Assembly: GCA_051294375.1 (NCBI GenBank)
Contig: CM119264.1
Coordinates: forward strand, 27,830,353 to 27,894,352
Direction of reading: 5' to 3'
Source of the DNA: Paraspadella gotoi
Taxonomy: Eukaryota; Animalia; Chaetognatha
Length of the DNA stretch: 64,000 nucleotides
The position numbers were made by a program, and so were the translations under genes. Below, in pieces: positions 41,370 through 56,117 of this stretch. Under the pieces are notes generated by a model, which saw nothing but the letters and a program-made list of their open reading frames with translations, was not told the DNA's origin and searched no databases. Position 1 is the stretch's first letter, and every line of letters begins with the position of its first letter.

Positions 41370-41600
41370 TTTTTTTAGTCGGTTCTGCTTACAGCGTCCG
41401 TCCGTCCGTCCGTCTGTGCGTCCGACCGTCCGTCCATCTGTCTGTCTGTCTGTCCGTCTGTTCCACCTTAGCAAAAAACACCAATTACTCGTGATTTTAT
41501 GGATGGATTGGAATGAAATTTTGTTAGTGGGTAGGAAAGTGTGTGATTGAGCAGAAAATCAAGTTTCGATGGAATCGTCCAAGTGGAAATGAGTTAAAAT
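41370..41600 (+). mobile_element. DINE-1/Helentron-associated-like repeat fragment with (GTCC/GTCT)n core
   Basis: T-run start, (GTCC)n(GTCT)n array, then GGATGGATTGGAATGAAATTTT, a layout typical of DINE-1-like elements. Confidence 0.45.
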
Positions 41601-41718
41601 GAAAAAAAGAACAATCTATTACACTATTTGATTATGCTTCTTTTATTTTTATATTAAATGTAAATTCAAGCTGCATTAATTGATTATTAATAAATAAGTA
41701 ACTAATTAATTATTTGTA

Positions 41719-41939
41719 GTCGGACATTGCCTATAAGCATGTCTATTTCAGTTGTGACCCGGTGGCTCATTGAGTAAAGCCATCAGCTCATGACCACTAG
41801 GTACCGGGTTCAATCCCAACCCGGTACCTACCCTGCGGGAAGAGTGAGGACGGCCGCCTTGGGGGCGTGGCAAACCCTTAAGCCTGGTTCCAACCCCAGG
41901 ACCCGTTCCATGTCTGCCCACTTAGCGCCTTATCCACAT
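41719..41939 (+). mobile_element. tRNA-derived SINE with 14-bp flanking direct repeat
   Basis: A-box-like TGGCTCATTGAG (41763-41774) and B-box GGTTCAATCCC (41807-41817). Direct repeat ATTAATTATTTGTA at 41705-41718 and 41940-41953. Two further copies occur in the window. Confidence 0.8.
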
Positions 41940-42409
41940 ATTAATTATTTGTAATTAATTAATTAATTAATTAATAAATTAATTAAATAATTAATTAATT
42001 ATCTGATCAGCTGCTAACCGCTAAGGATCGTGGGCAGATCCGGCATTGTTTGCTCAAACTTGTTTTCTTTGTATGTTAACTGGATTGACATCGGATGTCA
42101 ACTCGTGACGACCAAGGGCAACGAAGGGCGAGGGACGGCGTCGTATCTGACCTCATTGCTTCGCTAACTCTTTCCAGTAGAGGCGAGTTTGCATAAGTTT
42201 AAAACTCCCGGGACCGTTAGTGGATTTTGTAGTATATAAATTAGTTTTCCCAAGGTAAATAATTAATAGTCAATTCGTGACCGAGGCAAATAATATAAAA
42301 TTATACATAATACCATCAGCGAAGCAGAATTCAATGCTGACTGCACATGGCGGGAGAACTGACTCAGAAAACCAAAGGGGCGGCGGAGAAGGGATGGTGA
42401 AAGAAAGAG

Positions 42410-42456
<47 letters not shown>

Positions 42457-42849
42457 TCTGCAGAAATGACGGAAGGACGAACGTGAAAGTTTGAAAAATG
42501 AGCGGATCATTCTCAAACTCTTACCGATGGAGGTCGCGAGTGGTTGGGGACGAGGGAGGGTGATTGAAGGTGGCGTTGGGATGTTTGGTAGAAAGTGTCA
42601 GTGTGAACACTGTGAACTGTCAAGTTAATGCATTAATTGTGAAAATGGTATAAAATGACGGTTATGGCAATCGGCTGAGAAACGGTGATAATTGTGAATC
42701 TTTGAGGTTGAATTATTTTGCGGGTGATTTGATAGTTTGATCTTTGACATTTATAGTCGTAAGTTCTGGGTGAATTTTGAAACAAAAGTATGTTAAGGAC
42801 AAAAAATATTGATGGGGCTAATTAAAAATTGAAATTCTAGAATAAGTGA

Positions 42850-42902
<53 letters not shown>

Positions 42903-43441
42903 AAGAAATGAGGTGGAAAAAAAAGGAGATTGATGAGTGGATAAATATGCGGAGGAGAAAATCTGAGATATTAGAGATTAGAGCGAAGATGAGAAAAGAG
43001 AGAGAGAGAGAAAAATTGGAAGAGAGATAAAATGAAAGAATTAAAATGGAAATTAGGTTAAATGAAGAAATTAAAATGAAAATTAGATAAAATGAAGCAA
43101 TTAAAATAGAAAATAAATGAAATTAAGAAATAAAAATTAAAATGAGGTGAAATGAAGAAATTATAGTGAAAAATAGATGAAATTAAAACATAATGAAAGA
43201 TACAGAAATGAAATTTCATTTAATAGAAATTAAATGAATGAAAAAAGTTGGAAGTAATGAAAAGATTAAAATAAAATTGAATAAGATGAAGAAGTTACTA
43301 CGGAATTAGGTAAAGAAGTTACAATAGTTACAACAGAAATTAGACTAAAGTAAAACGAAAAAAAAATTTATTGATAAAAAGGGGAGATGAAATAAATACT
43401 TGATTAATGAAAACAATATGAAAGAAAAGAGAAAGAGAGAT

Positions 43442-43525
<84 letters not shown>

Positions 43526-43829
43526 AAGTGAGAGGAGAGTGCAGGTACACGAACGGCAAGGTTAAAATGCAACAAAGGAGCCGGAAAGGGAACGAAGAAG
43601 AAAGAAAAACGGAGAGAATGAAGAGAAAGAAAATGGTTTGGCTGTTATGAATACAAAAGGATTATAGAGGCAGTAAGGCGGAAGATTGTGAAGGTCAACG
43701 GTTGATTAAAGAGGGAGAGAGAGAGAGAGAGAAGAGTGAGAGAGAAGAGAGAGAGAGAGAGAGAAGAGAGATGGAAAGGGGGCAAAAGTATAGAGAGTAT
43801 AGATGAGAGATGAGAGAGTAAAGTTAAGA

Positions 43830-45036
43830 AGAGAGAGAGTAGAAATAAAGAGAGAGACAGAGGACAGAGAGAAACAAGAGAGAAAGAAAGAGAGATGCTT
43901 ACAAAACTACTTAAAAACACTGTCGGCTCAGGCTCTGAAATAACGTTTACTTATCCTTCACCTTTTTCCCCATTACCTCCTCCGACGGATTCCATAATAT
44001 TAAACCGTTATCCGTTAAAGAAAAATATATTATAGATCATCGATTCTTGTAAAGTTGGTTAAAGATTAATAATGAAAGCGCATTATAGCGCCCGTTCCGG
44101 GTTGGGGGGGGGGTGGCCCCCGGCCCACCGTTTTGTCGGGAAGACAGATGTAAATACACCACACTTTGCAAAGCCGGTAAACAGACGTAGGAGGATAAAT
44201 GATGGTTGGAAATCGTCACGGCCGCCTCCCCCCGGGGATGGGGGGAGTAAGGGAAAAAGGGAAGTGGGGACGCGGTGGGTAGGCGTGGGTCGGGCTGGGT
44301 AGGGCCAGTGTGGGGGGGAACAGATCGAGTCGCAAATGATGAGAGTAGAAAGACTCCAAACAAAGGATGACCTCGTTGGGGTGGGAGGGGTCGAGGGGGG
44401 GGAGGAAGATTTACGAGATGAGAAGGAAAAAAAAATGGGAATTGGAATCTTGGAGGAAAGAAAGGAAAGGAAAGGAGAAGGAATAGAAAAGGAAAGGAAT
44501 GGAATGAAAGAAGAAAGGAATAGGAGAAAAGAAAAGAAAGGAGAGGAGCGGGAAAGGATAGGAAAGAAAAGGATAAAAAGGAAAGAAAAAGAAAGGAAAA
44601 GGAAGAGGAATATGAAAGGAAAGAATAGGAAGGAAAGGAAGAGGAAAGGAAAGAAAGGAAAGGAAATCAAGAGGAAAGTCAAAAGAAGAAAGAGGAGAAG
44701 AAAGAAAAGAAATGAGAGAGGAGAGGGGAAGGAAGGAAAGATAAAAGAAAGGGAAAGATGTAATAAAACTAAAAGAAAAAAAATAGGTAATAAGAAGAAA
44801 AAAAAGAAAAGAATAAGAAAAGAAGAGAAAAAGAGAAGAAATTAGGGAGCTAAAGAGGGGCGAGTGGGCATAAATTAAGGAAACTCGGTGTGTTGTTTTT
44901 ATCTCTGACGACAGTCTCTTTAAAAAGAGTGACAAATCCTTCAAAGAAGACTCGTCCACCGAGAGGTACAGTGAGGAAAAGCAAGAAGAGATATACGAGA
45001 GAAGGAGAAAAATAGAGAGAGAAGAGAGAGAGAGAG

Positions 45037-45068
<32 letters not shown>

Positions 45069-47829
45069 GCAAACATTTGGCGAGATTCACTAATCGGTCT
45101 TACGCGCTTTAAACTGTTTCGGCATCACAGGGAAAGAACTGTGGAACATTTCTTTCTCATTCTCAAATCACGCCGATATAAAAGTCCCTCTCCCCGCCGA
45201 ACTTACTTCTTGTAGTCTTCACAAAATGATCACTTACTTCTTCGCTCAACTATTCACCGCACGATTTTAAAACATTTTTTTTACTCTGACTCTCTTTGCC
45301 TGTTTTATTTGGCGTTATCGATATTGTCTAATTAATTGGCATTCCTAATCAACCATTATTATTCTCCTGCCTTGACGAATCACACTTTCACTGAAACTTC
45401 ACTTTCTACTTTTACTCACCTCTCATATTCACTCTTTTAACGCACCTTCTCCATTAAACTTTTCATTCACCCTTCACATTCACAATTTCACACACCTCTT
45501 TCCTCCCTCACATCCATTGAGTCCTTTTCAATCGCTTTTTTCTCTGGAGAAAAAAATATTTGTTACTCGATCCGCTGTTTTTTTTTTCTCCGATTCACTT
45601 CTCCATCTCCTTCTTGTCTCTTCATTCTCCTTCTTTCTTCCATTCTCCTCTTTTTCTTTCATGGCTACTGTATCTTCAAATTTATATTTTGAGTATTTTT
45701 TACCTCCTTTATGTTTGGTCCATGGTACTTCTCTTTTCACTTTCCTTATTTAGCCATTTTCCATTCTCCCTACTTGCATCATTTACGCATTTCCGTTCCC
45801 TACACTCGCATATTTAAGCTCCTATTTTCACTTAATATCGTCTATATTTTTCTATACAGTTTTTTTTATTCTTGCCATTTTTTTTATTTTTATATTATTT
45901 TATTATTTTCTTTATAAATTTTCTTTTTCCTTTCTCACTTTCTTTCTGACTTTTATAACAAGGCAACGAAAAAATCGGGATTTATCGCGAGTCCTCTCAT
46001 CTCTCTCTCTCTCACACTCTCTCTCCTCAAATACGCGGTGACTCCTCCCTCTGAACAACCGAAATGTATCGGGAAAGAAAATAAATGATATCAAATGAAG
46101 AAATGCCAATTGAGCCGAAACGTGTCGATGACCGGCATCTGACGCCAATCTAGAGTCATTCAATTTGTCGTAAATCTCTCATGAAAGGTCAAAAAACACC
46201 GAAAGGAAGGATATGCGATGTATAAAGGTTTTTCCTTACAAGTCGAATTCTTAATCTACCCATTATAACGTATCAGCAAGATTCTTTAAAAATTAACAAA
46301 AGAAAAGCGATTTATCGAATCCACGTGAGGTTTTATTGGAAATAAATTTTTGGGTGAGAAAAAAAAAAATAACGGGAAATTTCTGCTAAGCGGGAGGATT
46401 TCGCCATGAGTGATGAAAACGTTTCATAGTAAATGAGGCCTGGATAATTGTTAGCCAGCTATTATAAATTAAATGTAGTTTTATTTTTTAAAAAAAATTT
46501 CAAAACAATCCTGTCAGAATTATACATATGCAGTATAGTCAATAAGTGGATAGTAATAGTATGAAATTGTAGCATACAATATAAAATTATCCATTCATTT
46601 AATGAATAAGTCCTATCTTGTCCCTGATATTGGACAGCTTTGGTTGGTTTAAGGCCTTCCATCACTCTTACAAGATAATGACAATAGCAAGCTTTCAATC
46701 AGAACCTCTCACAGTCGCGTTTATTCACTCCAGAGTTTATAATAGTAATAATAGTATAAATAATGAGTATATACATAGTATATTAAAATTATTACGGTAA
46801 CCTGTGGTTGGTTACAGTATAGTAAAGTGAAATAAAGGTTTTTAGAAGAAAAATAAAAAGTGAGAGATCTTAAGAAGAGTCAACGCGAAAGTTCAGCGGA
46901 GCGACATCAAACATTGTGAATTTGTGATTGTGATTGCCATCGATTTATAGAACCAAAAAAATCGATTCTATTTTTATTTTCCGAGAAGGAATAAAGTTCA
47001 CTTCTCTCAAAGATGAAGGAAAACCTTTTATATATTCCTTATAACAAGATACAATATCTTTAAACAAACGTTTTGTTTAAAGCAAGAATAACGTAATTAT
47101 TGTTTAAACAACGAAATTTTTGAATTTTTACTTTGAACATTCGTTTGTTATAAATAAATAAATAAAACAATTTCAAAACGCAATGAAACAGAAAAAAATA
47201 TACATAATTACATAAATATTTAAAAAAAAAAAAAATTTCCGGCTGTTAAAATTTATCACGGCGCGTCATTCGTAAATAATCAATAATAAATAATAAATAA
47301 TAATAAAATAATAATAAATAATAATAATATAATAAATTAATGATAATAATAATAAATAATAAATAATAAATAATAATAATATCCTAATTTTCATCCTCCA
47401 CTTGATAATTTATTATTTAATATTGAAATGAATTAATTTTGTACACGTCATCCCCCTTGATAAAAAGTCGTCCATGCCTCGACTGAGTCTTTGTCGCTTT
47501 ATTTTTTTGGCGGCGAAAGGATGAAAGGCGGCGGCGGCGAAAAGATGAAAGGCGGCGGCAAAGATGAAAGAGTTGGACGGGCGGATGCAACGCGGCGGTC
47601 AATAACGCCGCTCAACTGGGTCAAACACACGTATTGAGAAGAGAGGAGGGAGAGAGAGTGAAATGGGCGGGTCCGACGGGATGGAGAGAGAGTGGGGATG
47701 GAATGATGAGAGTCATTGGTCATGGGAGGAGAAGAAGACGAATGATGCTGCCATCTGCCTCAAAAATATAGTTAAAGAAGACAGGGGTGTAAAGTAATTA
47801 ATAATAACAATACATAATGATAATGATAA

Positions 47830-47863
<34 letters not shown>

Positions 47864-50102
47864 TATAATAATAATAATAATAATAAATATAAAATAAATT
47901 CATATAATAATATATAATGAATAATAATATATATAATAATAATATTAAAATAGATAAATAGTATCTTTTTGGTAATGCACATTATGAAGCCAAAAAAGGC
48001 ATTACACTCGGTCAACCTTCCGTCAACTTTTTATTTAATTACTTCATATTTCACACTTGTAATAAAACACCGCGAGTGAACGATCGGTTACCTGAGAGGC
48101 GACGGTTAAACACGACTCTCGCGTGACGAGGCGATCGCAACGGGGAGTGAAAATCTGTGAAAGGGAGGGTCTGCATCCGGAGGATGGAAGAAAGGAGTCG
48201 TGAAAAGCAGAGAATTCGCCACCTACCCCCTCCGCCTCCGCCGCGAGATGTGAAGGATAAAAAAAAGCGTTGAAAAGACATGTTTTCGGGGTCAACGAGG
48301 GCGTGACCCTCGCGTGAAGGGTGAGGGGGGGAGGGGGAAGAGAGCAATTGTGGGGGGGGCGAGGGTCAGGATTTTTCTAAGAACAGAGATGGAGGTTTTT
48401 ATTCCGAAAAGAGGATAGACTCTCTTGTGGGTCAGGTGATTTGTTATTTTATTGATGGCTTGAAATGATAAAAAGCGACCCATGAGGTACTGCGGGTGGT
48501 TATGAAAAATCAGTGAAGCTTTCTTTGTTGGTTTGTTTTTGTTGCCTTTTGCTGTCGGAGAAGTGGGTCTTTGAATCTAGACTGACTGGACTAATTCTGC
48601 GCATTCAAAACCAGATGGAATTGGGTAATAAAAGGGCGCCAGAAGGGAGACGTAATGGCCGCCGTCCATGCGCCCTGGAGATTGCGGACGACTTAAAGTC
48701 TCAGTAGACGGGGACGTCGGCTAAGGCCGAAAATGACGACTGTCCACTAAGCCCAGGACTTGAACTGAAAGTGTTCTGTAGTAAGTCTGATGCGTGTAGC
48801 TTTGATTGTAGTGCCGTAGCTGTTTTTGTAGCTGTAAGAGGTCGTAGTAGATATCCTTTTTTGATTGGGTGCAATTTTAGAATTAAACAAAACATTATCA
48901 CAACTTCCAGCAAATTATGATATAAATTTTTTAAAGTGTCTTTCTTACTTGTTTCTGAAACCCAATATTTAACNNNNNNNNNNNNNNNNNNNNNNNNNAA
49001 GTAGAAAGAGAGATAGAAATAAAGAGAGAGACAGAGACAGAGAGAAACAGAGAGAAAGAAAGAGAGATCTTACAAACTACTTAAAAACACTCGGCCTCAG
49101 GCTCTGAAATAACGTTTACTTAATCCTTCACCTTTTCCCATTACCTCCGACGGATTTCCATAAATTAACCGTCACCGGTTAAAAAAAAATGTATATAGAT
49201 ACATCGATTCTTGGTAAATTGGTTAAAGATTAATAATGAAAGCGATTATAGCGCCGTCGTGGGTGGCGGCACGTGCGGGAGACAGATTAAATACCCACAC
49301 TTTGAAAGCCGGTAAACAGACGAGGAGGATAAATGGGTTGGAATCGTNNNNNNNNNNNNNNNNNNNNNNNNNNNNNNNNNNNNNNNNNNNNNNNNNNNNN
49401 NNNNNNNNNNNNNNNNNNNNNNNNNNNNNNNNNNNNNNNNNNNNNNNNNNNNNNNNNNNNNNNNNNNNNNNNNNNNNNNNNNNNNNNNNNNNNNNNNNNN
49501 NNNNNNNNNNNNNNNNNNNNNNNNNNNNNNNNNNNNNNNNNNNNNNNNNNNNNNNNNNNNAGAAGAAAAGAGAAAAATTGGAATTGAGAATCTTGGAGGA
49601 AAAGAAAAGGAAAGGAAAGGAGAGGAATAGAAAGGAAAGGAATGGAATGGAAAAGAAAGGAAAGGAATGGAAAAGAAAAGAAAGGAGAGGAGCGGAAAGG
49701 ATAGGAAAGAAAAGGAATAAAAAGGAAAAGAAAAGAAAGGAAAGGAGAGGAAATGAAAGGAAAGGAAAGGAAAGGAAAGGAAAGGAAAGGAAAGGAAAGG
49801 AAATCAAAGGAAATCAAAGGAAAGAAAGAGGAAAGAAGAGAAAAGAAATGAGAGGAGAGGAAGGGAAGGAAAGAAAAGAAAGGGAAAGATGTAAATAAAA
49901 CTAAAAGAAAAAAAAAGTAATAAGAGAAAAGAAAAGAAAAGAAAAGAAAAGAAGAGAAAAAAGAGAAGAAATTAGGGCTAAAAAGAGGGCGGATAAATAA
50001 GGAAACTCGGTGTTTGTTTTTATCGCTGACGACAGTTCTCTTTAAAAAAGAGTGACAAATCCCTTAAAAGATGCCTCCGAGACGTGAGGAAAACAAGAGA
50101 AA

Positions 50103-50192
<90 letters not shown>

Positions 50193-52333
50193 CAAACATT
50201 TGGCGATTCACTTATCGGTCTTCCGCTTTACTTGGTTTCTGCATTTCACGAGGGAAGAGACTGTGGAACAATTTCTTTCCTCATTCTCAACTCACCCTGA
50301 TATAAAAGTCCCTCCTCCCGCCGAACTTACTTGCTTGTGTCTTCACAAAATGACTCACCTTCTTCGCTCAACTCATTCACCACGATTTTAAAACATTTTT
50401 TTTTACTCTGACTCTCTTTGCCTGTTTTATTTGCTTATGATATTGTCTTACCCTTAAATGTGCATTCTAATAAACATTATACTCCTCTTGACGATCACAC
50501 TTTCACTGACACTCACTTTCTACTTTTACTCACCCTCATATTCACTCTTTTAACCACCTCTCACATTAACACTTTCATTCACCCTCACATTCACAATTTC
50601 ACCACCTCTTTCCCTTCCTCACATCCATTGTCTTTTCAACCTTTTTTCTCTGGAGAAAAAAAATATTTGTTACTCGATCCGCTTGGTTTTTCTTTTCTCC
50701 GATTCACTTCCATTCTCCTTCTTTCTCTTCCATTCTCCTTCTTTCTCTTCCATTCTCCTTCTTTTTCTTTCATGCTACTTATCTTTCAATTTTATATTGT
50801 ATTTTTTACTCTCCTTTATGTTTGGTCCATGTACTTCTCTTTTCACTTTCCTTATTTACCATTTTCCATTCTCCTACTGCATCATTTACCATTTCTTTCC
50901 CTACATCGCATATTTAAGCTCCTATTTTCACTATAATCTCTATATTTTTCTATCAATTTTTTTTATTCTTGCCATTTTTTTTATTTTATTTATTTTATTT
51001 ATTTCTCTTTATAAATTTTTCTTTTTCTTTCTCACTTTCTTTCTTACTTTTTATAACAAGGCAACGAAAAAATCGGATTTATCGGAGTCTCTCACTCTCT
51101 CTCTCTCTCCCACTCTCTCTCTCAAATGCGGTGACTCTCCCTCTGAACACCGAAATGTATCGGGAAAGAAATAAATGATATCAAGAAGAAATTCCAATTG
51201 GACCGAAACGTCGATGACCGGCATCTGACGCCATCTAGAGTCATCAATTTGTCGGTAAATCTCTCACTGAAAGGTCAAAAAACCGAAAGGAAGGATATGC
51301 GATGGATAAAAGGTTTTTCCTTACAGTCGAATCTTAATCTACCCATTATACGTATCAGGCAAGATTCTGAAAATTTAAAAAGAAAGCGATTTATCGAATC
51401 CAGCGTGAGGTTTTATTGGAAATAAATTTTTGGGTGAGAAAAAAAAATAACGGGAAATTTCTGCTAAGGGGAGGATTTCCCATGAGTGATGAAACGTTTC
51501 AATAGTAAATAGGCTGGGATAATTTGTAGGCCGCTATTATAAATTATATGTAGTTTATTTTTAAAAAAATTCAAAACAATCCTGTCCAGAATTACTACAT
51601 ATGCAGTATAGTATAGTATAGTATAGTATGAAATTGGTACAACCAATATAAAAATTATCCATTCATTTAATGAATAAGCTATCTTGTCCCTGATATTGGA
51701 CAGGCTTTGGTGGTTTAAGGCCTCCATCACTCTTACAAGATAATGACATAGCAAGCTTTCAATCAAGACTCTCTCACAGTCCCGTTTATTCACTCCCAGA
51801 GTTTATAATAGTATATAATAGTATATAATAGTATATAATAGTATATTAAAATTATTAGCGGGTACCTGTGTTGGTACAGTATAGTAAAGTGAAATAAAGG
51901 TTTTGTGAGAAGAAAATAAAAAGTGAGAGAATTTAAAAGAGTCACGAAAGTTCACGGAGCGACATCAACGATTGTGAATTTGTGATTGTGATTGCCATCG
52001 ATTTATAGAACCAAAAAAATCGATTCTATTTTATTTTCGAAGGAAAATAAAGTTCACTTCTCTCAAAGATGAGGAAAACCTTTTATATATTCTTATAACA
52101 AAGATTACAATATCTTTTAACAAACGTTTTGTTTAAAGCAAGAAAACTGTATTATTGTTTAAAACAACGAATTTTGAATTTTTACTTTGAACATTCGTTG
52201 TTATAAATAAATAAAATAAAACAATTTCAAAACGCAATGAAACAAAAGAAATTACTAAATTACTAAATATTTAAAAAAAAAAAAAATTTCCGGCTGTTAA
52301 AATTTATCACGGCGCGTCATTAGGTAAATAATA

Positions 52334-52394
<61 letters not shown>

Positions 52395-52888
52395 TAATGA
52401 TAATAATAATAATAATAATAAATAATAAATAATAATAATATCCTAATTTTCATCCTCCACTTGATATTTATTTATTTAATATTGAAATGTGAATTAATTT
52501 TGTACCACGTCATCCCCTTGATAAAAAGTCGTCCAAGCCTCGACTGAGTCTTTGTCGGCTTTATTTTTTTGGCGGCGAAAGATGAAAGGCGGCGGCGGCG
52601 AAAGATGAAAGGCGGCGGCAAAGGATGAAAGAGTTGACGGGGCGGATGAAACGCGGCGGTCAATAAACGCCGCCAACGGGTCAAAACACACGGTATTGAG
52701 AAGAGCGGAGGGAGAGAGAGTGAATGGGCGGGTCCGACGGGATGGAGAGAGAGTGGGATGAATGATGGATGGTCATTGGTCAATGGGAGGAGAGAAGAGA
52801 CGATGATGCTGCCATCTGCCTCAAAAATATAGGTTAAAGAAGACAGGGGTGTAAGTAATTATAATAACAATAATAATGATAATGATAA

Positions 52889-52957
<69 letters not shown>

Positions 52958-52971
52958 TAATAATAATAATC

Positions 52972-53016
<45 letters not shown>

Positions 53017-53610
53017 TTAATAATAATAATAGTATCTTTTTGGTAATGCCTATTATGAGCCAAAAAAAAGGCAGTTACACTCGGTCAACCTTTCCTGTCA
53101 ACTTTTATTTATTACTTCATATTTCACACTTGTATAAAACACCGCGAGTGAACGATCGGTTCACCGTGAGAGGCGACGTTAAATCACGACTCTCGCGTGA
53201 CGAGGCGATCGCACGGGGAGTGAAAATCTGTGAAAGGGAGGGTCTGCATTCCGAGGATGGAGGAAAGTCGTGAAAGCAGAATTCGCCCCTACCCCCTCCG
53301 CCGGCGAGATGTGAAGGATAAAAAAGCGTGAAAGACTGTTTTCGGGGTCAACGAGGGCGTGACCCTCGCGTGAAGGGTGAGGGGGGGAAGGGGTGAAGAG
53401 AGTCCTAGAATTTGGGGGGGGCGAAGGGTTCGGATTTTCTAGAACAGAGATGAGGTTTTTATTCCGAAAAGAGGGAGTAGTACTCTCTTGTGGGTCAGGT
53501 GATTGTTTTATTTATTGATGTTGAAATGATAAAGCGACATGAGGTACTGGGGTGGTTATGAAAAAATCAGTGAAGCTTCTTTGTTGGTTGTTGGTTGCCT
53601 TTCTGTCGGA
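43830..53610. repeat. ~4.7-kb direct duplication (43830-48560 vs 48999-53610) across a 25-N gap; probable haplotype or gap-fill artefact
   Basis: Colinear along the full length (e.g. CTTACAAA(A)CTACTTAAAAACAC at ~43898 and ~49068; TGTCGGAGA at ~48553 and ~53604). Differences are mostly indels. Gap 48974-48998 is 25 N. Confidence 0.88.
48556..48973 (-). mobile_element. Partial LTR related to 31740-32615, inverted orientation
   Basis: ACTGACTGGACTAATTCTGCGCATTCAAAACCAGATGGAATTG is the exact reverse complement of ~32531-32573. Similarity extends to TTCTTACTT(T)GTTTCTGAA (~32150). Absent from the duplicate copy at ~53610. Confidence 0.75.
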
Positions 53611-53933
53611 GATGGAAGTTTTTGAGTTCCAATGGTAGATTTCTTATAGCTTAGCGCAGATATTAAGGATTTGAGACATGTGTAACGTTTAACGCATCTA
53701 TAACACAAGCAACGTACGACGAATAAGGAAAGGTAATGTAACAATTAGAAGTTGGAATTTAAAGTAAAGCAGAGGTTGTTTTAAGATTCTTTAGATTATA
53801 TATAAATTTGTGTTCAAGTTGATAAAACTCGCGCGTCGCAAAAAAAATGTGACGCAAATGCAACGAAAAAAAAAATCATTAATCCCAAGTCTCATTCGAA
53901 CCATTTGGGTCGGGGACAAAGCTACTATTGACT

Positions 53934-54040
<107 letters not shown>

Positions 54041-54147
54041 CATTGGACGTACACGTCATTTGCACGGGCGAAACCTTTCCCGTTTGCAGTTGTTGTGTCC
54101 ACTCTCTGCTAAGGGGTTGAGGGAGAGAGAGAAAGAGAGAGAGAGAA

Positions 54148-54212
<65 letters not shown>

Positions 54213-55241
54213 CTAAGGGATTGAGGGATGGAGGTGGAAGCGACTTATTTTATTTTTTTCATTTTAGTTTTATAAATGAGAATTCTTGGTTAAGTAGAGT
54301 AAAAGTTAAGCGCCATCTGGAGACAACTATAAAACGTAATACTTAACAAAAAAAAAGCAAAGCTTGGCTTGCATTTCACGACCTAATTCAAACCATCTGA
54401 TAATAATTATAAAAAAAATTTTGTCAATGTTTAAAAAAAAAATAACAAAAATTCAATCAATCTGTAAATCTCTCTCTCTGTCTCTCTCTCTATCTCTCTC
54501 CCTCTCTCTCTCTCTCCCCTTATATTCTTTCTATTCCATCTCCAAAAAAAACTAACAAAGATGAACACACGTTATGAAATATTTCCTCTTCTCCGCCAAA
54601 AAATCCTCTCTTCTTTCGATTCGCATAATGATGGCCGCTGATGCGAGGGGCTTTCATTTGATGTCCCCTAATGATCGAGTGTTGTGATGAAACACGAAAT
54701 AAAAAGAGAGAGAGAGTTGTCAGAAGCGAGAGAAAAGGGAAATTCATTTTTTTTTACTTCAAAAAACGAGGATTCGAATCTTTTTACTCGATACAATATT
54801 ATTTACAATACAATACTTGTGAAATATTATCCCTGCAGCCTACATTTTAACCTCTTTTTCTCTCTCTCTCTCGATTACGTTTTTGGTTGTATCTGAGTCG
54901 TATTTGACCTGTCCTTTATTAGTCGGTCTGATATCTTTGTCTGGTCACCTCGAAATTTACTGACTCTACAAGGAGCGGGTATTGTCTAGAAAGCGAGAAA
55001 ACACTTTCACATTAATATTTAACTCAATGCCAATTACGGAACAAAATGTGTTCCAAAATGCAACGATCTGAGTTAAGCGGAACCCGCGTCCTACAGCCAT
55101 CCGCAGCAGCATCCGCAGCAATCGGTGCTGCTACAACCTGACGGGGCGACGCAGCCTCGAAACAAAAAAGCCGCATAATTAATGACGATTCTCTCTGGGC
55201 GCAAAGAGGGTCCGAGGTTTACGAGGGTTATAACGTGAGAG

Positions 55242-55281
<40 letters not shown>

Positions 55282-55514
55282 GCATTAGGAATCAGAGAGG
55301 AGAAAAAAAAAACTTAATTAAAAATGGAAAGAGGGAATTAATCCGGACGCTAGTCAACCGTTTTGAAGGAGGATCACTTTGACTCTTTTTTTAAATATCT
55401 AATGAAAAAAATAATATCAATTCATTTAAAATAGTATAAATAGAAACGAAACATAGAAACTATGAACAAGTGCGCTTAAACATTTTAAAGCTGGAATCAC
55501 GAACTGAGGTTGAA

Positions 55515-55584
<70 letters not shown>

Positions 55585-55866
55585 TCTCTTCTCTCTCTCT
55601 CTCTCTCTCACACCTATTTCACGGGTGCCAGAGAACCTTTGAAAAAAAAACATACCGTAAGGAAGATTTTTTACAGTCTTTCCGCTTTTATGCAAATTTT
55701 TCGACTTTTAATTTCACCCCGAAAATTACAGCGTGAAAAGAATAAGAAATAATCATTCTCAAAGTCTGTCTCTCTCTCTCTCTCTTTCTTTTCTTTTTTC
55801 TTTCTTTCTTTCTTCTTTCTTTCTTTCTCTCTCTCTCTCTTCTTTTTCTTCTTTCTTTCTTTCTTT

Positions 55867-55905
<39 letters not shown>

Positions 55906-56117
55906 CTTCTTTCTTCTTTCTTTCTTTCTTTCTTCTCTCTCTCTCTCTCTCTCTCTCACAACACTCATTCTCTCTCTCCCTTCCCCTCAGACGCCTTTCC
56001 ACGTTTAACAGCAAAAAAATATCCTGTTTAAACAAAATAACGACTCAGGAAAAAAAAAACTAATAACGTAGCTCGAGAAAAAAAAAAAGGAAAAAAAAAA
56101 AATAAGGAAAAAAAAAA

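Noticed and set aside
41756-41825. Possible tRNA gene
   Set aside because: It has A/B boxes but no convincing cloverleaf or acceptor stem, and it is part of a longer dispersed repeat, so it is called a SINE.
40960-48330. Scattered GC-rich patches that could be minus-strand exons (~41050, ~42080, ~44150, ~47550)
   Set aside because: I could not build a consistent frame or identify a domain; the sequence is too noisy.
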